In this document: positions 17,538-27,915 of the stretch, piece by piece | How the letters are laid out: every line of letters begins with the position of its first letter | Numbering within the stretch: position 1 is the first letter of the stretch | DNA from: Nostoc sp. DedSLP01 | GTDB taxonomy: Bacteria; Cyanobacteriota; Cyanobacteriia; Cyanobacteriales; Nostocaceae | Reading direction: 5' to 3' | NCBI GenBank assembly: GCA_034530875.2 | Contig: JAVRCJ020000047.1 | Coordinates: 1-52,483 of the forward strand | DNA length: 52,483 bases | Made by a program: the position numbers and the translations under genes | Notes under the pieces: generated by a model | Databases searched by the model: none | Told to the model about the DNA's origin: nothing | Seen by the model: only the letters and a program-made list of their open reading frames with translations

Positions 17538-19949
17538 ATGAAGTGGAAATTTCAATTGCTGCCAAAGCCGACAATACTTATAGCTTCTTTGGTTATTCCC
17601 GTAGTTCACTTCTACCTTTGCAAGATATCCGTATCAATGTCCTTTGAAAATGGCTCGGCAGCTATTTGGCCTTCAGCAGGTCTTTTTTTAGCTAGCTTTC
17701 TCCTACTGGGATATCGCATTTGGCCTGTACTGTTGTTGGGCGACATCATTGCCGAGTATGTACACTTATATCCTAACGATCTTCTGGCAAGCAGCCTCAT
17801 CTCTGTTTGGGATACCATTGACCCCTTAGTAGCAAGCTTTTTGATTTATCGCTTCATTGGACGCCGCAATATACTAGGACGATCTGAGGATGCTTTCAGA
17901 TTTTTGGTATTGTTAGTGCCTACTCCGGTTATAGGCACTACCCTTGCTGTAACCACACTTTGTCTGCGTCACATTAGTCCTTGGACTGCTTATGGAGAAG
18001 TTTGGCGAAGTTGGTTTACAGCACTTATTGGCGGCGCGCTGGTTGTCACACCAGCACTATTAACATGGTTGACAAAAGTAGAGAAACAACGGCTCAACAA
18101 AGAAAAAATTATTGAGTTAACGCTGCTGCTGTTATTTTTAATTGCCATCAATCGGATCGTTTTTTGGCAAGGGTATCCTGTAGAGTACGCGATAGTTCCA
18201 CTATTAATTTGGGCGGCATTTCGATTTGGGCAAAGGGAATCAACTTTACTTGTAGTTGTGGTATCGGCGATCGCAGTTTTTGCAACAGCTCGTGGTTTTG
18301 GGGCATTTGCAAAACTCGGATCGGTGAATAAGTCACTGATACTACTACAATCTTTTATTGCCGTTGTCGCCATCACGACCTTTATTCTTTGCGCTGTCAT
18401 CAATGAAAACCGCAAAGGACAAACAATGCTCAAAAAGACCAATGATGAGCTAGAACAACGGGTACAAGAACGCACCCAACAGCTCAGACAAGCTTTAGAA
18501 ACTGCCGATGCAGCTAAAGTTGCTGCCGACAGCGCCAATAAAGCCAAAAGCGAATTCCTTGCTAACATGAGTCATGAGTTAAGAACTCCACTCAACGGCA
18601 TCCTTGGCTACGCCCAAATTCTACGTCGTTCGGAAACCTTGACTGAGCCAGGACTTCACGGAATCGATATTATCTACCAGTGCGGTTCCCACCTCTTAAC
18701 CCTGATCGAAGATGTCTTGGATCTCTCCAAAATTGAAGCCCGCAAAATGGAACTCCATACCGTTGATTTTCATTTGCCATCGTTTCTGGAAGGCGTTACT
18801 GAAATTTGTCGCATCCGTGCCGAACAGAAAGGTATTTCATTCATTTACCAAAGAGATAATTTACTACCTGTGGGCATTCGGGCTGATGAAAAGCGCCTGC
18901 GGCAGGTTTTAATCAATCTGCTTGGCAATGCCATTAAGTTTACCGATAAAGGCAGCGTAGTCTTTCGCATCACATCCCAAGCAGTTGGAAACCAAACCCA
19001 ACAACAATCCTCAATTTACAAAATTCGCTTTGAGGTGGAAGACACGGGGGTGGGGATGGCAAAACAACAACTAGAGAAAATTTTCTTGCCTTTTGAGCAA
19101 GTAGGAGACATTAACAAACAAGTCGAAGGTACAGGTTTAGGGTTGGCAATTAGCTCAAAAATTGTCTCGCTAATGGGCAGCCAAATTGAGGTAGAAAGCG
19201 AACTAGGTAAAGGTACTAGCTTCTGGTTTGAGGTGGAGTTACCTGCTGTTCCTGACTGGGTAGAAGCTTCAAGGGTAGCAAAGCAAGGCATGATTTCGGG
19301 ATATCAAGGCAAAAAGCAAAAAATCCTAGTGGTGGATGACAAATGGGAGAATCGCTGTGTAATTGTGGATTTATTAGCATCGATTGGCTTTGAAGTTGCC
19401 CAAGCAAGTAACGGTCAAGAAGGGTTAGAGCAAGCAATTCAATGGCAGCCCGACTTAATTATTACCGACCTGATAATGCCTGTAATGAGCGGCTTTGAAT
19501 TCATGAAGCATCTGCGACAGTCGCCCCCACTCAAGAACACAGTCGTTATTGCCTCTTCTGCAAGTGTGTTTGAAACAGACCAATACAAAAGTTTGGATGT
19601 GGGAGCGAATGCTTTTTTGCCAAAACCCGTACAAATGGAAAAGCTGTTAGATTTGCTTTGCAAACATCTACAACTCGAGTGGGTATATGAGGAAATCTTA
19701 CAAGGGAATCAAATTGTATCAAATGCGATATTATCAGAAGCGATCGCTCCCCCATCATTAGAAGTTTTAAAAGATATTTATCAGTTGGTAAAGAAAGGCG
19801 ATGTTTACGCAATTCTAGATTTAGCCAATCAAATGAAACACCAAGACAGTATTTTGATTCCTTTTGCTCAAAAATTGATTCACTTTGGGGAGAACTTTCA
19901 ACTCGATCCATTACAAGGTTTTATCGAGGGGTATTTGGATAATCCTTAA
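17538..19949 (+). CDS. Hybrid sensor histidine kinase (MASE1-HisKA-HATPase-REC)
   Basis: Multi-TM N-terminus with AIWPSAG; FLANMSHELRTPL, NLLGNAIKFT, GTGLGL; receiver ILVVDD...ITDLIMP. Confidence 0.93.
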   Translation: MKWKFQLLPKPTILIASLVIPVVHFYLCKISVSMSFENGSAAIWPSAGLFLASFLLLGYRIWPVLLLGDIIAEYVHLYPNDLLASSLISVWDTIDPLVASFLIYRFIGRRNILGRSEDAFRFLVLLVPTPVIGTTLAVTTLCLRHISPWTAYGEVWRSWFTALIGGALVVTPALLTWLTKVEKQRLNKEKIIELTLLLLFLIAINRIVFWQGYPVEYAIVPLLIWAAFRFGQRESTLLVVVVSAIAVFATARGFGAFAKLGSVNKSLILLQSFIAVVAITTFILCAVINENRKGQTMLKKTNDELEQRVQERTQQLRQALETADAAKVAADSANKAKSEFLANMSHELRTPLNGILGYAQILRRSETLTEPGLHGIDIIYQCGSHLLTLIEDVLDLSKIEARKMELHTVDFHLPSFLEGVTEICRIRAEQKGISFIYQRDNLLPVGIRADEKRLRQVLINLLGNAIKFTDKGSVVFRITSQAVGNQTQQQSSIYKIRFEVEDTGVGMAKQQLEKIFLPFEQVGDINKQVEGTGLGLAISSKIVSLMGSQIEVESELGKGTSFWFEVELPAVPDWVEASRVAKQGMISGYQGKKQKILVVDDKWENRCVIVDLLASIGFEVAQASNGQEGLEQAIQWQPDLIITDLIMPVMSGFEFMKHLRQSPPLKNTVVIASSASVFETDQYKSLDVGANAFLPKPVQMEKLLDLLCKHLQLEWVYEEILQGNQIVSNAILSEAIAPPSLEVLKDIYQLVKKGDVYAILDLANQMKHQDSILIPFAQKLIHFGENFQLDPLQGFIEGYLDNP

Positions 19950-20002
19950 ATGTTCCTCACTTTTCAAATTATTAGCAATACTTTATTTCAAGTTATCAAC
20001 CC

Positions 20003-21274
20003 ATGCTCACTTCCAATCTCAAAACTGGCTTTATTTTGATTGTCGATGATAATCCAACTAATTTATCAGTATTAGCTCAAACTCTCAAAACAGCAGGTTT
20101 ATCTATCCGCGTTGCCACAAATGGCGAAAGTGCGATCGAGCAAATTACAGAAAATAGCGATCGCCCCGAACTGATTCTCCTGGACGTGCAGATGCCAGGA
20201 ATTCATGGATTTGAAACCTGCCGCCGACTCAAAGCAAACCCCACAACGCAAGATATTCCAATTATTTTTATGACTGCTTTGACAGATACACAAAGCAAAG
20301 TCAAAGGACTGTCTCTTGGTGCTGTAGACTACATTACTAAACCTTTTGAAGGAGAAGAAGTCTTAGCCAGAGTGCGAGTTCATTTGCAAATGCGCCTTCT
20401 TAGCAAAACCCTCCAGCAATGGAACGAGCAATTAGAACAACGAGTCACAGAGCGCACCATCGCACTGCAAAAAGCCCAAGTACAATTGGTACAGCAGGAA
20501 AAGCTTGCTACACTAGGCCAACTAGTGGCGGGGGTAGCGCACGAAATTAATAATCCAATGGGCTGTATTTATAGTAATATCCCCATCGCCCACGAATACC
20601 TGACAGAAATATCTACAGCCCTTCGGGTATATCAAAAATATTCCACTTCATTGACACCAGAAATTGAACAACAATTAAAGCATATTGACATCGATTTTGT
20701 TTTAGAAGACTTTTTTAAACTGATTCATACAGTTGAATTAAGTATTCAGCGCATTCAAGAAATCTCAGTTTCATTACGAAACTTCTCGCGCTCAGATGCT
20801 CATATTAAAGTGCCAGCAAATTTACATGATGGACTTGAAAGCACTTTAATAATCTTAGGACATCGCCTCAAGTCTGTAGGTAACCGTCCGGCAATTGAAG
20901 TCATTAAAAAATATGGCAATATACCAGAAGTCGAATGTTATCCAAGCCTGCTCAATCAAGTATTTATGAATTTGTTAGCCAATGCTATTGATGCTGTGGA
21001 AGAACAACCTAGTGCCAAAATTTGCATTTATACAGAAATGCTTCATACAGAATTGGTAGCAATTCGGATTTTAGATAATGGCGCGGGAATGAGTGAGGAA
21101 GTTAAACAAAGATTGTTTGAGCCGTTATTTACCACTAAGCCTCCTGAGAAAGGTACAGGATTAGGCTTATCAATTGCTCGCCAGATTGTCGAAGAAAAGC
21201 ATGGAGGACGGCTAAGTGTGCTATCGGAATTAGGCAAGGGATGTGAGTTTATTATAGAAATTCCAGCTGGCTGA
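20003..21274 (+). CDS. Hybrid response regulator/histidine kinase (REC-HisKA-HATPase)
   Basis: ILIVDD, ILLDVQMP, AGVAHEINNP, NLLANAIDA, GTGLGL. Confidence 0.93.
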   Translation: MLTSNLKTGFILIVDDNPTNLSVLAQTLKTAGLSIRVATNGESAIEQITENSDRPELILLDVQMPGIHGFETCRRLKANPTTQDIPIIFMTALTDTQSKVKGLSLGAVDYITKPFEGEEVLARVRVHLQMRLLSKTLQQWNEQLEQRVTERTIALQKAQVQLVQQEKLATLGQLVAGVAHEINNPMGCIYSNIPIAHEYLTEISTALRVYQKYSTSLTPEIEQQLKHIDIDFVLEDFFKLIHTVELSIQRIQEISVSLRNFSRSDAHIKVPANLHDGLESTLIILGHRLKSVGNRPAIEVIKKYGNIPEVECYPSLLNQVFMNLLANAIDAVEEQPSAKICIYTEMLHTELVAIRILDNGAGMSEEVKQRLFEPLFTTKPPEKGTGLGLSIARQIVEEKHGGRLSVLSELGKGCEFIIEIPAG

Positions 21275-21371
21275 TAACAGAGACATCGCTAACCTGCTAT
21301 CAGCCTATCGAAAAATAGTTTGTGCTGAGAATGTGCAATTTTATTTCTCATCAATAATTACAATTCTTCAG

Positions 21372-21566
21372 CTATGACATCTGACTCCAGGCAGAAATTC
21401 CATCTTCCAACACTTCTAATTTTTTAGCAGAATTGGCAGTTTCAGCTATTAAAACTTTTAGTGTTGTGGTATACACATTGTTGATGATTTCATGTCCGTA
21501 GCCAATAACTCTTCCCACCTGTCCAGTTCGGGAGTTTAGTACATACTCATCAATGTTGAATTTCAT
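21372..21566 (-). CDS. Small hypothetical protein (beta-rich, SH3-like)
   Basis: 64 aa from ATG 21566: MKFNIDEYVLNSRTGQVGRVIGYGH... Confidence 0.6.
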   Translation of the reverse strand: MKFNIDEYVLNSRTGQVGRVIGYGHEIINNVYTTTLKVLIAETANSAKKLEVLEDGISAWSQMS

Positions 21567-21826
21567 AGTAATTTTTTCCTTTTTCAATCAGATAAATCAT
21601 AATTCTTTAAAATATATTTAATAACTAAATTTTATCTGTACCAAATGGTATAGAATATATAAAAATAATTCTTAGGGAATAGAGAATTTATCCAAAAGTA
21701 ATATTAAGAAAATAAATAATAAATTATTGAAATCAAAAGTTATATTCCTGGAGGCATAGGTTTACGCTATTTCAGCCCAAAAGTTTATTTTCCTTACAAG
21801 TCAGTAGTATCTTTGATAAACATCAT

Positions 21827-23422
21827 TTACCAAGCTACAGCCAAACCATCTGCACGAGACTCAGAGGCAGCAATTAAAACTCCATCTTGCTTGTAAATAA
21901 TTTGACCGCGACCGAAAAAATCATCGGGATTTTGCAGTACATGATGGCCGCGTTTGGCTAGTTCTTGAGTTATATCCTTGGATGCAGTTTGCTCTAGTAA
22001 TACTGTAGAACCAGAGACAAATTGCCATCTGGGAGCATCTAAAGCAGCTTGGGGATTTAAGCCATAATCAGCCAAATTTACCACTAGTTGCAGATGTCCT
22101 TGTGGTTGCATAGCTCCTCCCATGACGCCAAATGCTCCAATTGGGCGATCGCCTTGAGTCAAAAAGCCAGGAATAATCGTATGGAAAGGGCGCTTATTGG
22201 GGGCGAAGTGGTTAGGATGTTGCAAATCAAGGCCAAATCCGTAACCCCGATTTTGTAAAGCTATGCCGGTACCTGCGGGGAGAATGCCACTACCAAAACC
22301 TGTAAAATTAGATTGAATCAAAGATACTATTAATTCCCCATCGGCGGCGGCTAAATAGACTGTTCCACCTTTTGGTAATCCAGGTTCAGCTAAAGCGATC
22401 GCTTGTTCTGTGATTAAAGCACGGCGCTTGGCAGCATAATCTAAGGAGAGAAGATCCTTTGTAGCTACTTTTAAAAAAAGTTCGTCAGCGATGTACTTAT
22501 GCACGTCAGCAAAAGCTAGTTTCATCGCCTCGATTTGTAAATGGTAGCTTTGTGCGGATTCTCGCGGATAACGAGCCAATTCACAGCCGGATAGGATATT
22601 TAAGGCGATTAAAGTTGCAATCCCTTGGGTGTTAGGTGGAATTTCCCAAACTGTCAAATCCCGATAGTTAGTAGATATGGGTTGCACCCATTGGGCTTGA
22701 TGAGCTGCCAAATCATCTTTAGTTAAGTAACCACCAGTATCGGCGGCAAAGTCAGCGATACGTTGAGCGATATTGCCACGGTAAAAACTTTCACCACCAG
22801 TTGCGGCAATTTCTCGCAGGGTTTGGGCGTGTGCGGGGGAATGCCAAATTTCTCCTGCTTCCGGCGCTCTATTATTGGGAAAAAATACTTGTTTAAAAAA
22901 GTCAAATTCTTGACCTACAAGCGAGAGATAATTTTGTTCCAACCGTTTCCAAGCTAGGGAAACCATAGGCGATACAGGGAAGCCTTCTTCGGCATAGCGA
23001 ATTGCCGGAGCAAATAACTTTTCAAAAGGTAAACGTCCCCAACGTTCCCATAAGGTTCGCCACGCACTAACAGCACCCGGTACAGTAACAGCACGCCAAT
23101 CATATTTGGGTACGGCATTGAGTCCAGCAAAATTTTGTAGAGTTAGTTTCTGCGGACTTTTTCCAGAACCATTTAAACCATGCAGTTTGCCATCCCAAAC
23201 TAAAGCAAAAGCATCCGCACCAATGCCATTTGCAGTAGGTTCCACTACAGTCAGGGCAATGGCCACAGCTATAGCAGCATCAACCGCGCTACCACCCGCC
23301 AATAACATTTCCATACCCGCTATAGTCGCCAACGGTTGACTAGCTGCCACAGCTCCCTGGCTACCCATAATTACTTTTCGGGTACTAGGATAGGGATAAT
23401 TGGTGAGGTTTGCCAAACTCAT
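21827..23422 (-). CDS. ggt: Gamma-glutamyltransferase family protein
   Basis: GGSAVDAAIA, TVPGAVSAW, PPNTQG, GGTVYL (nucleophile Thr), KRPFHTIIPG, GVMGGAMQPQG. Confidence 0.92.
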   Translation of the reverse strand: MSLANLTNYPYPSTRKVIMGSQGAVAASQPLATIAGMEMLLAGGSAVDAAIAVAIALTVVEPTANGIGADAFALVWDGKLHGLNGSGKSPQKLTLQNFAGLNAVPKYDWRAVTVPGAVSAWRTLWERWGRLPFEKLFAPAIRYAEEGFPVSPMVSLAWKRLEQNYLSLVGQEFDFFKQVFFPNNRAPEAGEIWHSPAHAQTLREIAATGGESFYRGNIAQRIADFAADTGGYLTKDDLAAHQAQWVQPISTNYRDLTVWEIPPNTQGIATLIALNILSGCELARYPRESAQSYHLQIEAMKLAFADVHKYIADELFLKVATKDLLSLDYAAKRRALITEQAIALAEPGLPKGGTVYLAAADGELIVSLIQSNFTGFGSGILPAGTGIALQNRGYGFGLDLQHPNHFAPNKRPFHTIIPGFLTQGDRPIGAFGVMGGAMQPQGHLQLVVNLADYGLNPQAALDAPRWQFVSGSTVLLEQTASKDITQELAKRGHHVLQNPDDFFGRGQIIYKQDGVLIAASESRADGLAVAW

Positions 23423-23572
23423 TTTTTGGTGGAAAATATTGGACAGAATATTGCATTTGTGTAAGAGAATACAATATTTTCACAAATATTGTTTGTGTTC
23501 GCCAACACATAGACTGAGCATATTTTATTGTTTGGAAGCCTCTGAAACCGCTGCATATTTAGGGATATCTGT

Positions 23573-24643
23573 TTAGTATTCAGCAGGCTTAGATCGAACT
23601 ACTACGCCGCCGTGAACCATGCCTTGAATTTCTGGGCCAAAAAAGCTGTAGGGAAATTGCGGTTCGGGACGGCTGATAGCTTCCAAACGATTGGCGAGTT
23701 CGCTGGGAATCTCAAAAGCAAGGGCTTGCAAATTATCCTCAAGTTGCGATTGCTTGGTGGCTCCGATAATTACCGAGGCAATTCCAGGGCGATTGGCTGT
23801 CCAATTGACGGCAACTTGAGCCATACTGCGCCCCAATTCTTGGGCGACTGTTTCTAGTTCTGCGACAATTTTCCAGTTGCGATCGCTAAACTTTTGAAAT
23901 GCTGGATTTTGAGTACCACTCACCTTCTCCAGCCGTCCAACTCCTGTGAAACCGCCCTCGCTAGGCTTGTACTTACCACTGAGAAGACCACTCGCCAACG
24001 GACTCCACACCATCGTACCCATTCCCAGTTCCAGACCAAGGGGAATAAATTCTCGCTCAATGTTACGCTCAATCAACGAGTACTCTAGCTGGAGAGTGCA
24101 AAGCGGTTCGTAATTGCGCCACTCGGCAATAGTTTGCGCCCGTGCTGCATACCAACTTGGTGTATTACTCAATCCTATGTGCCTTACTTTACCAGAACTT
24201 ACTAAATCGTTGAGCGTCCGCATTACTTCATCTGCTGGGGTAATCGTATCCCAGGTATGAAGAATGTAGAGGTCGATGTAGTCAGTTCCTAACCGTTGCA
24301 GCGAACCTTCCACAGCCCGCAGAATATTTTTGCGCCCGTTACCGCCCGTATTTGGGTTTCCGGGTTCGGCATTGTAGCTAAACTTAGTTGCCACTACAAT
24401 GCGATCGCGCAGATTACCCTCGGCAATAAATTTACCCAACCAAGTTTCGCTAGTACCATTTGTATATAAATCTGCGGTGTCAATAAAGTTACCTCCCGCA
24501 TCAACGTAGGTATTAAACATTTGGCGTGCCGTAGCTTCATCGCTTCCCCAACCCCATTCAGTCCCGAAGGTCATTGCACCAAATGCTAGACGGCTGACAC
24601 GCAGCCCAGAACGTCCGAGAGTGTAGTAAGTTTTGAGAGACAT
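23573..24643 (-). CDS. Aldo/keto reductase
   Basis: LGRSGLRVSRLAFGAMTFG, IDTADLY, IDLYILH, GKVRHIGLSN. Confidence 0.94.
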   Translation of the reverse strand: MSLKTYYTLGRSGLRVSRLAFGAMTFGTEWGWGSDEATARQMFNTYVDAGGNFIDTADLYTNGTSETWLGKFIAEGNLRDRIVVATKFSYNAEPGNPNTGGNGRKNILRAVEGSLQRLGTDYIDLYILHTWDTITPADEVMRTLNDLVSSGKVRHIGLSNTPSWYAARAQTIAEWRNYEPLCTLQLEYSLIERNIEREFIPLGLELGMGTMVWSPLASGLLSGKYKPSEGGFTGVGRLEKVSGTQNPAFQKFSDRNWKIVAELETVAQELGRSMAQVAVNWTANRPGIASVIIGATKQSQLEDNLQALAFEIPSELANRLEAISRPEPQFPYSFFGPEIQGMVHGGVVVRSKPAEY

Positions 24644-24753
24644 ATTGCTAACTCCGAAATGAGTATAAAATTCGAGAGTGTTTCAATAAATACTGAGAGT
24701 AGATTTTTGAGCGCTATTCACTTGTGCAAATCTTTGCTCAACTGCAAGCAATG

Positions 24754-24883
24754 ATTGACATCACACAACAGTTGTAGTTAAAAGTTTAGGAGCGATCGCC
24801 CCTTCATAACCAAAGTACAGTAAAAAATAGAGCATAGGCGTAGCCCGTCGCAGATATCGCTTACTTATTTCAAGTTCCAAACA
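24754..24883. repeat. Left copy of ~130-bp HIP1-containing direct repeat (includes an SDR5-like insert at 24835-24855)
   Basis: Aligns with 27916-28047: 36/46 identical in the left arm, 28/28 in the right arm, middle segment inverted. Confidence 0.85.
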
Positions 24884-25004
24884 GCAAACTTCAAGTTCAA
24901 AGGCTCAAAAGCTGAATTTACAGGCAATACTTCGGTCTTGCTGCAATTGAAATCGTAGGTTAACAGCAAAAGTCAGTTAAAACTAACTCAAATTAACTAA
25001 AATT

Positions 25005-25062
25005 TAGTCCGTTTCAACGGACTTAGGCTATTAGCCTCGGAATTGATTCCGAGGCTAATAGC
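25005..25062. repeat. Tandem hairpins (REP/MITE-like)
   Basis: AGTCCGTT-TC-AACGGACT hairpin, then perfect 17-bp arms GCTATTAGCCTCGGAAT-TG-ATTCCGAGGCTAATAGC (25027-25062), downstream of the small minus-strand gene. Confidence 0.75.
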
Positions 25063-25099
25063 AACAAAACAAAGAATTTGCCTTTCTTTACCAGTACCT

Positions 25100-25348
25100 C
25101 TACTTGGTTTTTTCGCTTGTTGGACGCACTAAAGTTTTAACTAAACCCGTAATTGCAACAATCACAGAGGCAACTCCGGCGATGGATACTGAAGTCAAAA
25201 TTGCCACTGCAAGGATGATTTCACCCGGACTATCCCCATTCCGCATCCAAGTAGATGGATTTTCTACTAATGTTGGCGAGGCGGGGATTAATTGCGAAGT
25301 TTGGGTGGTTTGATTAGCGTTGATTGGATTTGTTAAAGCAGTTTTCAT
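25100..25348 (-). CDS. Small membrane protein (82 aa), divergent from the STAND gene
   Basis: ATG 25348 with AGAGG SD; polar N-terminus, then a long hydrophobic stretch SPGEIILAVAILTSVSIAGVASVIVAITGLV and a basic tail. Confidence 0.65.
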   Translation of the reverse strand: MKTALTNPINANQTTQTSQLIPASPTLVENPSTWMRNGDSPGEIILAVAILTSVSIAGVASVIVAITGLVKTLVRPTSEKTK

Positions 25349-25426
25349 GGCTGAACCTCTTCTAAATCTTTCTATGCAAATCGTATTTCTGACCAAAGAA
25401 GAGGAGATTACTAAGAAATTGAGACA

Positions 25427-25456
25427 AAGTGGAAAGAAAGTAGAAATTAAGTAGAA
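25427..25456. promoter_or_regulatory. Three direct repeats AAGT(G/A)GAA at 11-bp period
   Basis: Copies at 25427-25434, 25438-25445 and 25449-25456 in the divergent intergenic region. Confidence 0.5.
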
Positions 25457-25482
25457 TCGAAAATAAATCTCACAAGCTGTCT

Positions 25483-27867
25483 ATGGAATGGGCTGATTTT
25501 CTAGCCAAAGAAGCTGCTATTAATAGCTTATCGCCAGAGCAAACGGCAGCTTTTGTAGAGCGTTTAAAAACCGAAAACTCAGGGAAGAGTGAGGCAAAAC
25601 TTGCCAGCGAATTAAACATTGGTGCGGCTGCTTTCAAAAAGCGGATGGCTGAAGTGTATGAAAAATTCGCCAAGAGTTATCCTGAATTAGCCACTTCTAA
25701 CAGTCGCGGTAAGCTGGAAAAGTTACGGGCTTGCCTGACAGCGAAATATAATGGCGGGCAAGATGCCCAACCAACAATTAAAGAGATTCATCACAATATT
25801 CCGCCTGCTGTTCCATTTGAAAAATTTGTGGGACGTGAGACGGAACTAGAAGAACTGCACCAGAAATTACAAACATCTCGGCAAGTTGCAATTGTAGCTG
25901 TGGCGGGTATGGGTGGAGTTGGCAAAACAGAACTAGCTACCCAATACGCCAAACAGCATTTGCAGAATTATCAAGGTGGGGTTTGCTGGTTATCAGCACA
26001 GGGAATTGATATCGAAATTCAAATTCTCAGATTTGCCGAATTAAAATTTAAACTCATTGCACCGGATGATTGGGAATTAGCAGATAGGCTGAGATACTGC
26101 TGGCAGAATTGGCAACAAGGTGAAGTGCTGCTTGTGTTTGATGATGTCACCGACTACAAAAAACAGGTTCAGCCTTATCTACCACCAGAATCATCCCGGT
26201 TTAAAGTGTTGCTAACAACCCGCTTGGGGTTTGATAGAACTTTGCCGCAATTACCTTTAGGTGTTCTCAAACCATTGGCGGCGATGAAGTTATTAAAATC
26301 ACTGGTTGGTAGAGAACGGCTGAAAACCGAACCTTGGATAGCGAGAAAAATTTGTAAATTCTTGGGATATTTGCCTTTGGCGTTAGAGTTGGTGGGGCGA
26401 TATCTGGATACAATGCCAGATTTGTCTTTAGAAAAACTGCTGAAGCGGCTAGAGAAAAAGCGACTGGAACACGAAGCAATAGCTAAGGCTAACCCATTGA
26501 TGCGTTATGAATACGGCGTTGCTGAAGCTATTGCATTGAGTTGGGAACAGTTAGATGAAAATGCACAAGGTGTCGGCTGTTGGCTGAGTTTGTATGCTTT
26601 AGCTGATATTCCTTTTTCTGTTGAGGCGATAGAAGATGACGATGCACAAGAATTCTGGGAGAAAGCTATAGCTGAGTTGCGAAAACTGCATTTAATACAA
26701 TGGCAAAGTAAAGGAATTTATCGTTTACATCCACTGATTCGGCAATTTCTCCAAATGAAGTTGGATGAGTCAAGTAAGGCGGATGAGGTGAAAACTGCTT
26801 TTGTAGCGCAGATGGTAAAGGTGGCAAAGAAAATTCCTCAACAGCCTAACCGTGAAGATATTTTCAACCTCAATCCCTTTATCCCACACCTTGCAGAAGT
26901 TGCAACCCACCTATCCCAATATCTCAGGGACGAGGATTTAATTTGGTCTTTAACAGGCTTAGGTTGGTTTTATCAAGGTCAAGGACTTTATCAGCAAGCA
27001 GAACCTTGGTTACAGCAGTGTGAAAAAGTTACTAAAAATCGTCTTGGTTTAAAACATCCCTATGTCGCCACTAGCCTGAACAATCTCGCAGCACTTTACG
27101 ATTCCCAAGGACGCTACAGCGAAGCCGAATCCCTGTATCTGCAAGCTTTGGAACTGAGTAAACGCTTACTGGGAGACAACCATCCCGATGTCGCCATTAG
27201 CCTGAACAATCTCGCAGCACTCTACTCTTTTACAGGACGCTACAGCAAAGCCGAACCCCTGTTTCAGCAAGCTTTGGAACTGAGTAAACGCTTACTGGGA
27301 GACAACCATCCCTATGTTGCCACTAGCCTGAACAATCTCGCAGCACTCTACTCTTCTACAGAACGTTACAGCGAAGCCGAACCCCTGTTTCAGCAAGCTT
27401 TGGAACTGAGAAAACGCTTACTGGGAGACAACCATCCCGATGTTGCCACTAGCCTGGACTATCTCGCAACACTCTACTCTTCTACAGGACGCTACAGCCA
27501 AGCCGAACCCCTGTTTCAGCAAGCTTTGGAACTGAGAAAACGCTTACTGGGAGACAACCATTCCGATGTTGCCACTAGCCTGAACAATCTCGCAGCATTC
27601 TACTCTTCTACAGGACGCTACAGCGAAGCCGAACCCCTTTTTCAGCAAGCTTTGGAACTGAGTAAACGCTTACTGGGAGACAACCATCCTGATGTTGCCA
27701 CTAGCCTGAACAATCTCGCAGAAGTCTACCGTTCTACAGGACGCTACAGCGAAGCTGAAACCCTGTTTCAGCAAGCTTTGGCAATTTGTAAGCAGACTTT
27801 AGGTGTAGATCATCCAAATACAATTACGGTTTGGAGAAATTATGCAAGCTTTTTCTTTTTATTTTAA
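25483..27867 (+). CDS. STAND NTPase: N-terminal HTH-like domain, NB-ARC, TPR repeats
   Basis: FVGRETEL, Walker A GMGGVGKT, Walker B LLVFDDV, LLTTR, GYLPLAL, YRLHPL; C-terminal 42-aa TPRs; N-terminal SEAKLASELNIGAAAFKKRMAEVY helix-turn-helix-like segment. Confidence 0.9.
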   Translation: MEWADFLAKEAAINSLSPEQTAAFVERLKTENSGKSEAKLASELNIGAAAFKKRMAEVYEKFAKSYPELATSNSRGKLEKLRACLTAKYNGGQDAQPTIKEIHHNIPPAVPFEKFVGRETELEELHQKLQTSRQVAIVAVAGMGGVGKTELATQYAKQHLQNYQGGVCWLSAQGIDIEIQILRFAELKFKLIAPDDWELADRLRYCWQNWQQGEVLLVFDDVTDYKKQVQPYLPPESSRFKVLLTTRLGFDRTLPQLPLGVLKPLAAMKLLKSLVGRERLKTEPWIARKICKFLGYLPLALELVGRYLDTMPDLSLEKLLKRLEKKRLEHEAIAKANPLMRYEYGVAEAIALSWEQLDENAQGVGCWLSLYALADIPFSVEAIEDDDAQEFWEKAIAELRKLHLIQWQSKGIYRLHPLIRQFLQMKLDESSKADEVKTAFVAQMVKVAKKIPQQPNREDIFNLNPFIPHLAEVATHLSQYLRDEDLIWSLTGLGWFYQGQGLYQQAEPWLQQCEKVTKNRLGLKHPYVATSLNNLAALYDSQGRYSEAESLYLQALELSKRLLGDNHPDVAISLNNLAALYSFTGRYSKAEPLFQQALELSKRLLGDNHPYVATSLNNLAALYSSTERYSEAEPLFQQALELRKRLLGDNHPDVATSLDYLATLYSSTGRYSQAEPLFQQALELRKRLLGDNHSDVATSLNNLAAFYSSTGRYSEAEPLFQQALELSKRLLGDNHPDVATSLNNLAEVYRSTGRYSEAETLFQQALAICKQTLGVDHPNTITVWRNYASFFFLF
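27055..27810 (+). repeat. Six near-identical 126-bp coding tandem repeats (TPR units)
   Basis: Units begin CAT(C/T)CC at 27055 + n x 126; protein unit HPDVATSLNNLAALY...KRLLGDN. Confidence 0.92.
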
Positions 27868-27915
27868 GAGAAGCATATCGCTAACGATCGCCCCCTTTCT
27901 CCCAAACCACACCAA

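Noticed and set aside
17538..21274. Tandem hybrid kinases as a novel system
   Set aside because: A common cyanobacterial phosphorelay arrangement with nothing unusual beyond the MASE1 input
27055..27810. Regularly spaced repeats resembling a CRISPR array
   Set aside because: Contiguous 126-bp in-frame coding units with no unique spacers and no cas genes
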